DNA from: an uncultured Parabacteroides sp.
GTDB taxonomy: Bacteria > Bacteroidota > Bacteroidia > Bacteroidales > Tannerellaceae
Direction: 5' to 3'
NCBI GenBank assembly: GCA_949298575.1
Contig: CASFXH010000009.1
Coordinates: forward strand, 1,485 to 65,484
Length of the DNA stretch: 64,000 nucleotides
Position numbers and translations under genes: made by a program. The notes beneath the pieces were generated by a model that did not search any database, was not told the DNA's origin, and saw only the letters and a program-made list of their open reading frames with translations. Positions 44,330 through 53,087 of the stretch are shown one piece after another (within the stretch, counting starts at the first letter, position 1; every line of letters begins with the position of its first letter).

Positions 44330-44941
44330 TTACGAATGATGGGCCAGGATCATTCCCAGCACCTGGTTGACCGATTCCTCCAGGCTCAGCACGGAGGTGT
44401 CGAGCGACAAGTCCGGATGCTCAGGCACCTCGAATGGCGCGGATATACCCGTGAACTCCTTGATCTCTCCCTTCCGGGCCTTCGCGTAGAGGCCCTTGAC
44501 ATCGCGCCGCTCGCAAACTTCGATCGGCGTGCTCACGTAGACTTCCACGAAATCCTCGCGGCCGATGATCTCCGCCGCCATCCGTCGCAAGGCGTTGTTG
44601 GGGCTGATGAAGGCCGCCAGGGTGATGATGCCCGTATCCACGAACAACTTCCCCACCTCGGCGATGCGCCGGATGTTCTCCACCCGGTCTTCCGGCGAGA
44701 AACCCAGGTTGTTGTTGATGCCACTCCGGATATTGTCGCCATCCAAGATGCGGCAAAGCAGGCCCCGACGGTGCAATTCCCGTTCCACCGCGATCGCGAT
44801 CGTGCTCTTGCCCGAACCGCTCAAGCCCGTGAACCAGACCATCAGGCCATGTTGCTTCAACAACCGTTCCTTGTCAGCCCTCGTCATCATCTTGTCGAAG
44901 ATGGGGTAAACGTGACGTGTATTTTGTGTCTCTTCTTTCAT
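44330..44941 (-). CDS. cysC: Adenylyl-sulfate kinase
   Basis: WFTGLSGSGKST, LDGDNIR, RDVKGLY. Confidence 0.96.
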   Translation of the reverse strand: MKEETQNTRHVYPIFDKMMTRADKERLLKQHGLMVWFTGLSGSGKSTIAIAVERELHRRGLLCRILDGDNIRSGINNNLGFSPEDRVENIRRIAEVGKLFVDTGIITLAAFISPNNALRRMAAEIIGREDFVEVYVSTPIEVCERRDVKGLYAKARKGEIKEFTGISAPFEVPEHPDLSLDTSVLSLEESVNQVLGMILAHHS

Positions 44942-44957
44942 TGGATTTATATGCTTT

Positions 44958-46514
44958 TTAAAATTCCCAAATATAAGGTATCAGGAAGACTGATATCAAA
45001 AAGACGATCAGGTTCAAAGGCAGGCCGACCTTCACGAAGTCCATGAACTTATAGCCACCGACGCCCTGGACGATCAAGTGTGTCTGATAACCAATGGGCG
45101 TGCTGAAGGCCGCCGACGCGGCGATGCAAACCACCACGAAGAAAGGCTTCGGGTCGACCCCCAATTGTGTGGCGACCGACAAGGCGACCGGAAAGCTCAA
45201 GGCCGCCGCCGCGTTGTTGGTGATCAGCTCGGTCACTAGGTTGGTGATCAGATAGAGCACGGCCAGCAAGGCGTAGGGACCCAATTGGTCCGTCATCCCG
45301 ATAATCGCGCCAGCCACCCAATCGGCCAAGCCCGAGTTCTCCATCGCCTTGCTGATCGCGAAGGCGCAAGCGATGGTGATCAAGATGTCCCACGAAATGT
45401 ATTTGGTGTATTTTTTAGGAGGGAATATTTTCGTCCATGCCATGATGATGGTGGTGACGCAAGCGAAGAAGAACATGTCGAACTGCCGGTCCGGAAATTT
45501 TTCCTTCATGAAAGGTAGCTCGCCGATCGTCGCCCCCACGATCATGAAGATCAAAAGGCCTAAGGCGAGCCATCGTTTCTTGGGCGAAACTTTCTCTTGG
45601 GGATCTTTCCCATTGGCCAACATCAGGAAGACACTCGACTCGCCCCATGTCGGGATAAACGTATCGTCGGCCCAGAGCACCAACGTATCGCCCTCATAAA
45701 GCCGGACCCGATCCAGGTTTTGCGTATAGCGCGCGCCGCCACCACCGCGGATCACTTCCTTCACGATGGCGCCATAATGGCGGGTGAAATTGAAATCGCC
45801 CAGCCGCTTATTGATACCCGGGAAGCGCGGGCCCAAGACCGCTTCCACTCGATGGAGGTTGCCCTGTTCCTCTTCCGAGTCCTCCTCGCTCTCGTTCGCG
45901 GCCGTGTCCGGAAGGAGCTTTTTGGAAACCAGCAATAAATAAATGAAGCCGGCGAACGTGATCACGACGCCGACTTTTCCCAGCTCAAACATGCTGAAGC
46001 CCTCGTAACCGCTCTCCAGGATCATGCCATGCACCACGAGGTTGGTCGATGTCCCGATCAACGTGCACAAGCCGCCCAAGACGGTCATATAGGAAAGGGG
46101 GATCAGGAACTTGGTCGCCGGCAATTTCACGGCTTCCGCCCAGCGCTTGATGATCGGGGCGAAAATCACGACGACCGGCGTGTTGTTCAGGAACGCGGAG
46201 ATGAAGGCGATCGGGGGAAGCATCCGCCATTGGGCCTTGGCGACCGTCGTTTTCTCTTCCGGAAGCAGCTTCTTGATCAGCTGCCCCAAAGCGCCGCTCT
46301 GGCGAACGCCCTCGCTGACCAGGAACAACAAGGCGACCGTGATCATCCCCTTGTTGCTGAACCCTTCCAGCATCTCTTTGGGTGTCAATATGCCTGCGCA
46401 TAAGAAAAGGACACACACGGTCAGCAAAACCATACCTGGCCGCATCTTGTCCCAAATCAAGGCGCCTAGCATCCCTGCCAAAGCAAGCAAGACGAATAGG
46501 ATTTCGAATGTCAT
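44958..46514 (-). CDS. SLC13/DASS family permease (probable sulfate transporter)
   Basis: SAFLNNTP, TLIGTSTN, ITNNAAA, TPIGYQT; internal TAAATTTG box at 46542-46549 (- strand). Confidence 0.9.
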   Translation of the reverse strand: MTFEILFVLLALAGMLGALIWDKMRPGMVLLTVCVLFLCAGILTPKEMLEGFSNKGMITVALLFLVSEGVRQSGALGQLIKKLLPEEKTTVAKAQWRMLPPIAFISAFLNNTPVVVIFAPIIKRWAEAVKLPATKFLIPLSYMTVLGGLCTLIGTSTNLVVHGMILESGYEGFSMFELGKVGVVITFAGFIYLLLVSKKLLPDTAANESEEDSEEEQGNLHRVEAVLGPRFPGINKRLGDFNFTRHYGAIVKEVIRGGGGARYTQNLDRVRLYEGDTLVLWADDTFIPTWGESSVFLMLANGKDPQEKVSPKKRWLALGLLIFMIVGATIGELPFMKEKFPDRQFDMFFFACVTTIIMAWTKIFPPKKYTKYISWDILITIACAFAISKAMENSGLADWVAGAIIGMTDQLGPYALLAVLYLITNLVTELITNNAAAALSFPVALSVATQLGVDPKPFFVVVCIAASAAFSTPIGYQTHLIVQGVGGYKFMDFVKVGLPLNLIVFLISVFLIPYIWEF

Positions 46515-46652
46515 AAACTTACAAATTCAACATTTGGGTGGCAAATTTAATAAGTTTATCATCTCTCGTTCCTATTCGTCCCGCGAAATTTCTTGCCCCA
46601 TGAGAATTGAACCAACAAAACCATAATAAAGGACAATTTGCCTATGCCTGCC

Positions 46653-47471
46653 TCATTTCACGACAAACCAAGGGTTGTGCAGGTCTTTCTTGTTGTAACG
46701 CAGTGGGGTTTTCTCGTCGATGTGGTAGATGTCGCATCCCGCGGCGCGGGCGATGGCGTGTCCCGCCGCCGTGTCCCATTCCATCGTGGGCGCGAAACGG
46801 GGGTAGACGTCCGCCGAGCCTTCCGCGACCAGGCAGATCTTCAGGCTACTGCCGCTGCTGATCTGGGTCACGGGCCGCCCTTGCTTGCGGAGGTTGTTGA
46901 TGTATTCGGTAGTCGCCTCGCTTTGGTGCGAGCGCGAGGCCACGACCACGAGCCCTTGATGGGCCAGCGAGATCGGCAGCTTGACGGCGTTCCGCTTCAT
47001 CTCCTCCATCGAGGGCTGGTTGTCGATGTCGATGCCCGAATGCTTGTAGGCGCCGATGCTGTCGGCGGCGAAATAAAGCTCCTCGCGGACGGGCACGTAG
47101 ATGACGCCCAAGACGGGGACGCCCTCGTCGATCAGGGCGATGTTGACGGTAAACTCGCCATTGCGCTTGATGAACTCCTTCGTCCCGTCCAGCGGGTCGA
47201 TCAGCCAGAAGGTCTTCCATTTCGAGCGTTCCTCGAAGGGGATCTCCTTCCCTTCCTCGCTCAGGATCGGGAAGGGCGTGACCGAGAGGGCCCGCGTGAT
47301 GAAACAGTGGGACGCCTTGTCGGCCTTCGTCAACGGCGAGTTGTCGGCCTTGAGCTCGATGCCAAAGTCCATGGTGGGGTCCTCGTAAATGTCCATGATT
47401 GATTTGCCGGCGTCGATCGCCGCGCGGATCGCGATATAAAGGAAATTGGAATAGTCTGTCATCTCTTTCAT
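46653..47471 (-). CDS. cysQ: 3'(2'),5'-bisphosphate nucleotidase
   Basis: SPLTKAD, SEE, DPLDGTKEF, WDTAAG; TACCTTTG box at 47513-47520 (- strand). Confidence 0.95.
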   Translation of the reverse strand: MKEMTDYSNFLYIAIRAAIDAGKSIMDIYEDPTMDFGIELKADNSPLTKADKASHCFITRALSVTPFPILSEEGKEIPFEERSKWKTFWLIDPLDGTKEFIKRNGEFTVNIALIDEGVPVLGVIYVPVREELYFAADSIGAYKHSGIDIDNQPSMEEMKRNAVKLPISLAHQGLVVVASRSHQSEATTEYINNLRKQGRPVTQISSGSSLKICLVAEGSADVYPRFAPTMEWDTAAGHAIARAAGCDIYHIDEKTPLRYNKKDLHNPWFVVK

Positions 47472-47599
47472 TTTTTAATCAAATACCCTACTTATTTCGT
47501 TTAGAACGTTAACAAAGGTACGGTTTTTCAAATTCAATCCGATTGTTTGGGGCCCAAAATTAAGCGCGGGGCATCAAGAATTAACAATAATTGTCGTGT

Positions 47600-47776
47600 T
47601 CATGGGATGAAAACGCCCAGCGTCTCGGCTCTCTCCGTGGCATGGAGCGAGAGCGAATCGCCCTCGGACAGCGTCGCGCGAGTCTCGGGAAGCGGCTCCT
47701 CTCCTCCTTTTGAAGAATTGAAACACAAGGAATAAGCCATCAAGATCGTAAAGAAAGACAAAATCAACAATTTCAT
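47600..47776 (-). CDS. 58-aa small secreted/lipoprotein-like ORF (below the ORF-track cutoff)
   Basis: MKLLILSFFTILMAYSLCFNSSKGG…; hydrophobic N-terminus with Cys18, A-rich leader. Confidence 0.5.
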   Translation of the reverse strand: MKLLILSFFTILMAYSLCFNSSKGGEEPLPETRATLSEGDSLSLHATERAETLGVFIP

Positions 47777-47847
47777 AACCTCATGAATTTTTTAATCGTT
47801 CTTTCTTGAAGATGAAATAGGATCGCGAAACGCTGCAAAGATTCGTA

Positions 47848-48021
47848 TCACGTGTGAAATGGATCGCCGGCAACCCGCGGAACCTTGTTTCACGTGTGAA
47901 ATGGATCGCCGACAGCCCGCGGAAGTCATTTTCACGTGTGGGCAGGCTTCCGGCAGTCCGCGGAAGTCATTTTCACGTGTGAAATGGGCCTCCGACAATC
48001 CGCGGAAACCCATTTCACGTG
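47848..48021. repeat. Tandem array of four 41/42-bp units plus a partial fifth
   Basis: TCACGTGTG at 47848, 47890, 47932, 47973, partial at 48015; each full unit carries CCGCGGAA. Confidence 0.92.
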
Positions 48022-48038
48022 CGCGACGTATTCCCGAC

Positions 48039-49904
48039 TCACTTTTTCCGCTCCAGCACGAAACGGATGAGGCCGACGAAGACTTTGCCGTATTTATCGA
48101 GCTTGATTTGGCCGACGCCGTGGATCTCGCGAAACTCCTCGATCGTCGTGGGGCGTTGCTCGACCATGTCCTCGAGCGTGGCGTCGGAGAAAATCAGGTA
48201 GGGCGGGATGCCCTCGCGGGAGGCGATCTGCCGGCGCAATTGGCGCAGGGCGTCAAAAAGCGTCTCGGCGACAGTTCCCCCGGTGATTGGGCGGATGGGG
48301 GTGGCTTTCGAGGTGGTGGGGCGCGCCTTTCCCGTGGCCGCTTTCCGCGTGGGCTCTTTTTTCTCGGCTTCTACCACATTTCCGGGTGCCCGATAGAGCG
48401 CCAGATGCGCTTTCGCCTCGCCGAAAAGGACTTTCCGCCCCAAGAGCGTCGGGCGGAGGACTTGCCCCGAGGTGTAGTCGATCTCCAGATAGCCCAGTTG
48501 GATCATTTGATAAATGTATTCATACCAGACACGAGAAGGGAGGTCGCGCCCCGCGCCGTAGGTCTTGAGCTTGTCGTAGCCCCGCTCGATGACCTCCGCC
48601 CGTCCCGAGGCCCGCAGGATGTCGATCAGCATTTTGATGCCGACACGCTCGCCCGTCCGGAGGACCGCGCTCAGGGCTTTTTGCACCAAGACGCTCCCGT
48701 CGAAACGGACAGGCGGATGGCGGCAGACGTCGCAATTGCCGCAATCATCGGCCGCTTCCTCGCCAAAGTAGCTCAGCAGGATGCGGCGGCGGCAAATGTC
48801 GGCCTCGCAATAACGGCGCATCTGGTCGAGCTTCTCGAGGTTGATCTCGCTCTGCCCGCTTTCCTCGGCGAATTTCCGGTGGATGATCAAGTCGCTATAT
48901 GAATAGAAAAGCAACGTGTCGCTGGGCATGCCGTCGCGCCCGGCGCGCCCGATTTCCTGGTAATAATTCTCGATGCTTCCGGGCATGCTGAAATGAATGA
49001 CCCAACGGACGTTGCTCTTGTCGATGCCCATGCCGAAGGCGACCGTGGCGCAGACCACGTTGACGCGGTCGTTGATGAAATCGTCTTGCGCCCGCTCCCG
49101 TTCCTCGGGCATCATCCCGGCGTGGTAGGCGACGGCCTCGATGCCATACGCGTCCAACTCGTCGACCAGGCGGGTCGTGTCGACGCGTTTCATGCAATAA
49201 ATGATTCCGCTCTGGCCGGCGTGGCGCATGATGAAACGGGCGATCGTGGAGATTTTCTCGCGCTTGTTCAAGCCCCGGCGGACGTTGAGCGAGAGGTTGG
49301 GCCGATCGAACGAGGCGATGAAGATCTTGGGGTCGTTCAGTTTGAGTTGCTCGACGATGTCCGTGCGGGTGAGCTTGTCGGCCGTGGCGGTCAGGGCGAC
49401 GATCGGGGTCCGCGGGAAACGCTCTTTCAAGATGGCCAATTGGGTGTACTCGGGCCGGAAATCGTGCCCCCAATGCGAGATGCAATGGGCCTCGTCGATG
49501 GCGATGAGCGAGAGGTCGAGGCTCGGGAGGAACCAGTCGGCCTCCGTCACGATGCGCTCGGGCGAGATGTAGAGCAGCTTGATTTTCCCTTGCGTGCAAA
49601 GCCGCTTGATCTGTTGTTGTTGCTCCTCGGGCATCATGCTGTTGAGTGCGGCGGCGGGGATCCCGTTGGCGACCAGCCCTTCCACTTGGTCCTTCATCAA
49701 GGCGATCAATGGAGAGACCACTAGGGCCGTCCCCGGCAAGTAGATGGCCGGCAATTGGTAGCAAATGGACTTCCCGCCTCCCGTCGGCATCAGGACCAAG
49801 GTGTCTTTCTTGTTTAGGATCTCTTGTATGATCTCCTCCTGGAGCGGGCGAAACGAATCGTACCCGAAGAATTTCTTCAAAAGGAGCGATAACTCTTTCT
49901 TCAT
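48039..49904 (-). CDS. recQ: ATP-dependent DNA helicase RecQ (with HRDC)
   Basis: MPTGGGKS, DEAHC, ALTATA, QEIGRAGRDG, RQC Cys cluster, HRDC. Confidence 0.96.
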   Translation of the reverse strand: MKKELSLLLKKFFGYDSFRPLQEEIIQEILNKKDTLVLMPTGGGKSICYQLPAIYLPGTALVVSPLIALMKDQVEGLVANGIPAAALNSMMPEEQQQQIKRLCTQGKIKLLYISPERIVTEADWFLPSLDLSLIAIDEAHCISHWGHDFRPEYTQLAILKERFPRTPIVALTATADKLTRTDIVEQLKLNDPKIFIASFDRPNLSLNVRRGLNKREKISTIARFIMRHAGQSGIIYCMKRVDTTRLVDELDAYGIEAVAYHAGMMPEERERAQDDFINDRVNVVCATVAFGMGIDKSNVRWVIHFSMPGSIENYYQEIGRAGRDGMPSDTLLFYSYSDLIIHRKFAEESGQSEINLEKLDQMRRYCEADICRRRILLSYFGEEAADDCGNCDVCRHPPVRFDGSVLVQKALSAVLRTGERVGIKMLIDILRASGRAEVIERGYDKLKTYGAGRDLPSRVWYEYIYQMIQLGYLEIDYTSGQVLRPTLLGRKVLFGEAKAHLALYRAPGNVVEAEKKEPTRKAATGKARPTTSKATPIRPITGGTVAETLFDALRQLRRQIASREGIPPYLIFSDATLEDMVEQRPTTIEEFREIHGVGQIKLDKYGKVFVGLIRFVLERKK

Positions 49905-49929
49905 GTCGCGCAAGTTGTTTTTCGATGCG

Positions 49930-49999
49930 CGAAGATAACGGATTAATCGACTTTTTAAGAAAACACACGTAAAAATGTAGGAGAATGTCCGTATCTTCG
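49930..49999. promoter_or_regulatory. Divergent -7 boxes for recQ (49930-49937, -) and purF (49992-49999, +)
   Basis: TATCTTCG on each strand. Confidence 0.5.
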
Positions 50000-50018
50000 C
50001 GCAAAATATCAAAGAAAA

Positions 50019-51914
50019 ATGGAAGCATTGAAACACGAGTGTGGCGTGGCGATGGTCAGGCTGCTGAAACCGCTTGAGTATTACCATCAAAAGTATGGGA
50101 GTTGGATGTATGGGTTGAACAAACTCTATTTATTGATGGAAAAGCAGCATAACCGAGGGCAAGAGGGCGCCGGCTTGGCGTGCGTGAAGCTGGAGGCCGA
50201 TCCCGGCGAGGAATACATGTTTCGCGAGCGCGCCTTGGGAACGGGCGCCATCACCGAGATCTTCTCGGCGGTCCACGAGCATTACCGCGACCTCTCTCCC
50301 GCGCGATTGGACGACCCGTTTTTCGCCAAAGCCAATCTTCCCTTCGCCGGTGAGCTTTACATGGGGCATCTCCGTTACAGCACGACCGGTAAATCCGGCA
50401 TTTCTTACGTCCATCCTTTCCTGCGGCGCGACAATTGGAGGAGCAAAAACCTGGCGTTGTGCGGCAATTTCAACTTGACAAACGTCCCTGAGATCTTCGC
50501 CGAGATCACGGCGATCGGGCAGCATCCCCGCAAGTACGCCGATACCTATATATTATTAGAGCAATTGGGCCACCGCTTGGACCGGGAAGTGGAGCGCCTG
50601 TATCTCGCTTGTGAGGCGAAGGGGCTGAAAGGCATGGACATCACACGGGCCATCGAGGATCGGATCGATCTCTCGAACGTATTGAGACGGTGCGCGCCCG
50701 GTTGGGACGGAGGCTACGTGATCTGTGGCATCACGGGAAGTGGCGAGTCGTTCAGCCTGCGGGATCCGTGGGGGATCCGTCCGGCGTTTTATTATGCCGA
50801 CGACGAGGTGGTCGTGTTGGCTTCCGAGCGCCCGGTGATCCAGACCGTCATGAACGTCCATGTGGAAGATATCCGGGAACTGGGGCGTGGCGAGGCCCTC
50901 TTCATTAACAAGAAAGGCGAATGGCGCACCAGCCAAATCGTGGAACCGAAAGCGAACAAGGCCTGCTCGTTCGAACGGATCTATTTCTCCCGGGGCAGCG
51001 ACGTGGATATTTACCAGGAACGGAAACGCTTGGGGAAAAACCTCGTGCCCGCGATCCTCAAGGCGGTCGATTACGACTTAAACCATACGGTTTTCTCCTT
51101 CATCCCCAACACCGCCGAAGTGGCCTACTTCGGGATGCAAGAGGGGCTGGAGGCTCACTTGAATAAATTGAAGAAAGAATGGATCGCCGACCGGAGCCAC
51201 TTGTTGCACGAGGACGAATTGGAACGGATTCTCTCCATGCGGGTCCGTTGCGAAAAAGTGGCGATCAAGGATATCAAGCTCCGCACCTTCATCGCCGAGG
51301 GCAACAGCCGTAACGACTTGGCGGCCCATGTTTATGATATTACCTATGGCAGCTTGGTTCCTTTCGAGGATAATTTGGTGATCATTGACGATAGCATCGT
51401 CCGAGGAACGACTCTCCGGCAGAGTATCATCGGCATCCTCGACCGCTTGCGTCCACGGAAGATCGTGATCGTCTCCTCCTCCCCCCAAGTGCGCTATCCG
51501 GATTACTATGGCATCGACATGGCTCGCATGGACGAGTTCATCGCCTTCAAGGCGGCGGTAGCCTTGCTTAAGGAACGTGGTATGACATCCGTCCTGATCG
51601 AGACTTATCAAAAGGCGAAAGCGCAAGAAGCGGCTCCAGATGAAGAACTAGTGAATCACGTCAAGGCGATCTACGCGCCTTTCACGGACGAGGAAATCTC
51701 CCGCGAGATGGTGGAACTATTGACTCCTAAAGGTGTCCAAGCGGAAGTGGAGATTGTCTACCAAACACTGGAAGGCTTACATGAGTCGTGTCCCAATCAT
51801 CCGGGCGACTGGTATTTCTCGGGCGACTATCCGACGCGGGGCGGCGTTCGGCTGGTCAATCGGGCATTCATTGATTATATGGAACAAGAAGAAACAGAAT
51901 ATATACAACGATAA
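50019..51914 (+). CDS. purF: Amidophosphoribosyltransferase (Bacteroidetes type)
   Basis: HECG N-terminus, QHNRGQEGAG, HLRYST, DDSIVRGTT. Confidence 0.9.
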   Translation: MEALKHECGVAMVRLLKPLEYYHQKYGSWMYGLNKLYLLMEKQHNRGQEGAGLACVKLEADPGEEYMFRERALGTGAITEIFSAVHEHYRDLSPARLDDPFFAKANLPFAGELYMGHLRYSTTGKSGISYVHPFLRRDNWRSKNLALCGNFNLTNVPEIFAEITAIGQHPRKYADTYILLEQLGHRLDREVERLYLACEAKGLKGMDITRAIEDRIDLSNVLRRCAPGWDGGYVICGITGSGESFSLRDPWGIRPAFYYADDEVVVLASERPVIQTVMNVHVEDIRELGRGEALFINKKGEWRTSQIVEPKANKACSFERIYFSRGSDVDIYQERKRLGKNLVPAILKAVDYDLNHTVFSFIPNTAEVAYFGMQEGLEAHLNKLKKEWIADRSHLLHEDELERILSMRVRCEKVAIKDIKLRTFIAEGNSRNDLAAHVYDITYGSLVPFEDNLVIIDDSIVRGTTLRQSIIGILDRLRPRKIVIVSSSPQVRYPDYYGIDMARMDEFIAFKAAVALLKERGMTSVLIETYQKAKAQEAAPDEELVNHVKAIYAPFTDEEISREMVELLTPKGVQAEVEIVYQTLEGLHESCPNHPGDWYFSGDYPTRGGVRLVNRAFIDYMEQEETEYIQR

Positions 51915-51920
51915 AAGAAT

Positions 51921-53057
51921 ATGCGAAATAGAAAGAAAGCGATACTGATCTTGGAGGACGGAAGCCAATTCGAGGGCTGGTCGTTCGGGGCGGAGAAGGA
52001 AGTGGCTGGCGAGGTCGTATTCAACACCGCCATGACGGGCTATCCCGAGAGCTTGACCGATCCTTCCTACGCGGGGCAACTGATGGTCCTGACTTATCCA
52101 TTGGTCGGGAACTACGGCGTCCCTCCTTTCACCTTCATGGACAACGGTCTTCCCGTTTATATGGAAAGCGAGAAGATCCACGTAGAGGCGATGATCGTCA
52201 GTGACTACAGCGAGGAATATAGCCATTGGAACGCATGCGAGAGCTTGGAGTCGTGGCTTGTCCGCGAAGGTATCCCCGGCGTCACGGGCATCGACACTCG
52301 TGCCTTGACAAAGAAAATCCGCGAGCGGGGCGTCATGATGGGGCGTATCGTCTTTAATGAAGAATCAAAAGTGAAGAGTGAAGAATTCCCGATGTATGGA
52401 GAGGTCAATTACGTAGACAAGGTGTCATGCAAGGGAATCATCGTTTACCAACCGGATGGCACGGCCGCGAATTATCCGGCGGATTCCTCATTCTCTGTTC
52501 CTCAGTCATCACTTAAAAAGGTTGTTCTGTTGGATTGCGGAGTTAAAGCGAATATTATCCGTAGTCTCTTGAAACGGAATCTGACAGTGGTCCGTGTGCC
52601 TTGGAATTACGATTTTAACGGCTTGGACTACGATGGTCTTTTCCTGAGCAACGGCCCGGGCGACCCTGACACCTGCGAGGCGGCGGTGCGGAACATTCGC
52701 GAGGCGCTTCAGGGAGACAGACCTATCTGCGGTATCTGCATGGGCAACCAGCTTTTGGCCAAGGCGGGCGGCGCGACAATTTATAAATTGAAGTATGGTC
52801 ATCGCAGTCATAATCAACCGGTACGCATGGTCGGTACGGAGCGTTGCTTCATTACCTCGCAGAACCATGGTTACGCGGTCGACGAGAAGACGTTGGGCGC
52901 CGACTGGGAGCCCCTGTTCATAAACATGAACGACGGGACGAATGAAGGGATCCGTCATCGGACAAAGCCATTCTTCTCCTCGCAGTTTCACCCCGAGGCA
53001 TGCGGCGGCCCGTTGGATACGGATTTCATCTTTGATAAGTTTGTCGACTTGCTATAA
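51921..53057 (+). CDS. carA: Carbamoyl-phosphate synthase small subunit
   Basis: FNTAMTGY, SNGPGDP, GICMG, QFHPE. Confidence 0.96.
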   Translation: MRNRKKAILILEDGSQFEGWSFGAEKEVAGEVVFNTAMTGYPESLTDPSYAGQLMVLTYPLVGNYGVPPFTFMDNGLPVYMESEKIHVEAMIVSDYSEEYSHWNACESLESWLVREGIPGVTGIDTRALTKKIRERGVMMGRIVFNEESKVKSEEFPMYGEVNYVDKVSCKGIIVYQPDGTAANYPADSSFSVPQSSLKKVVLLDCGVKANIIRSLLKRNLTVVRVPWNYDFNGLDYDGLFLSNGPGDPDTCEAAVRNIREALQGDRPICGICMGNQLLAKAGGATIYKLKYGHRSHNQPVRMVGTERCFITSQNHGYAVDEKTLGADWEPLFINMNDGTNEGIRHRTKPFFSSQFHPEACGGPLDTDFIFDKFVDLL

Positions 53058-53087
53058 ACCTTAAACATAAAAAGTATTTCGAAGAAT

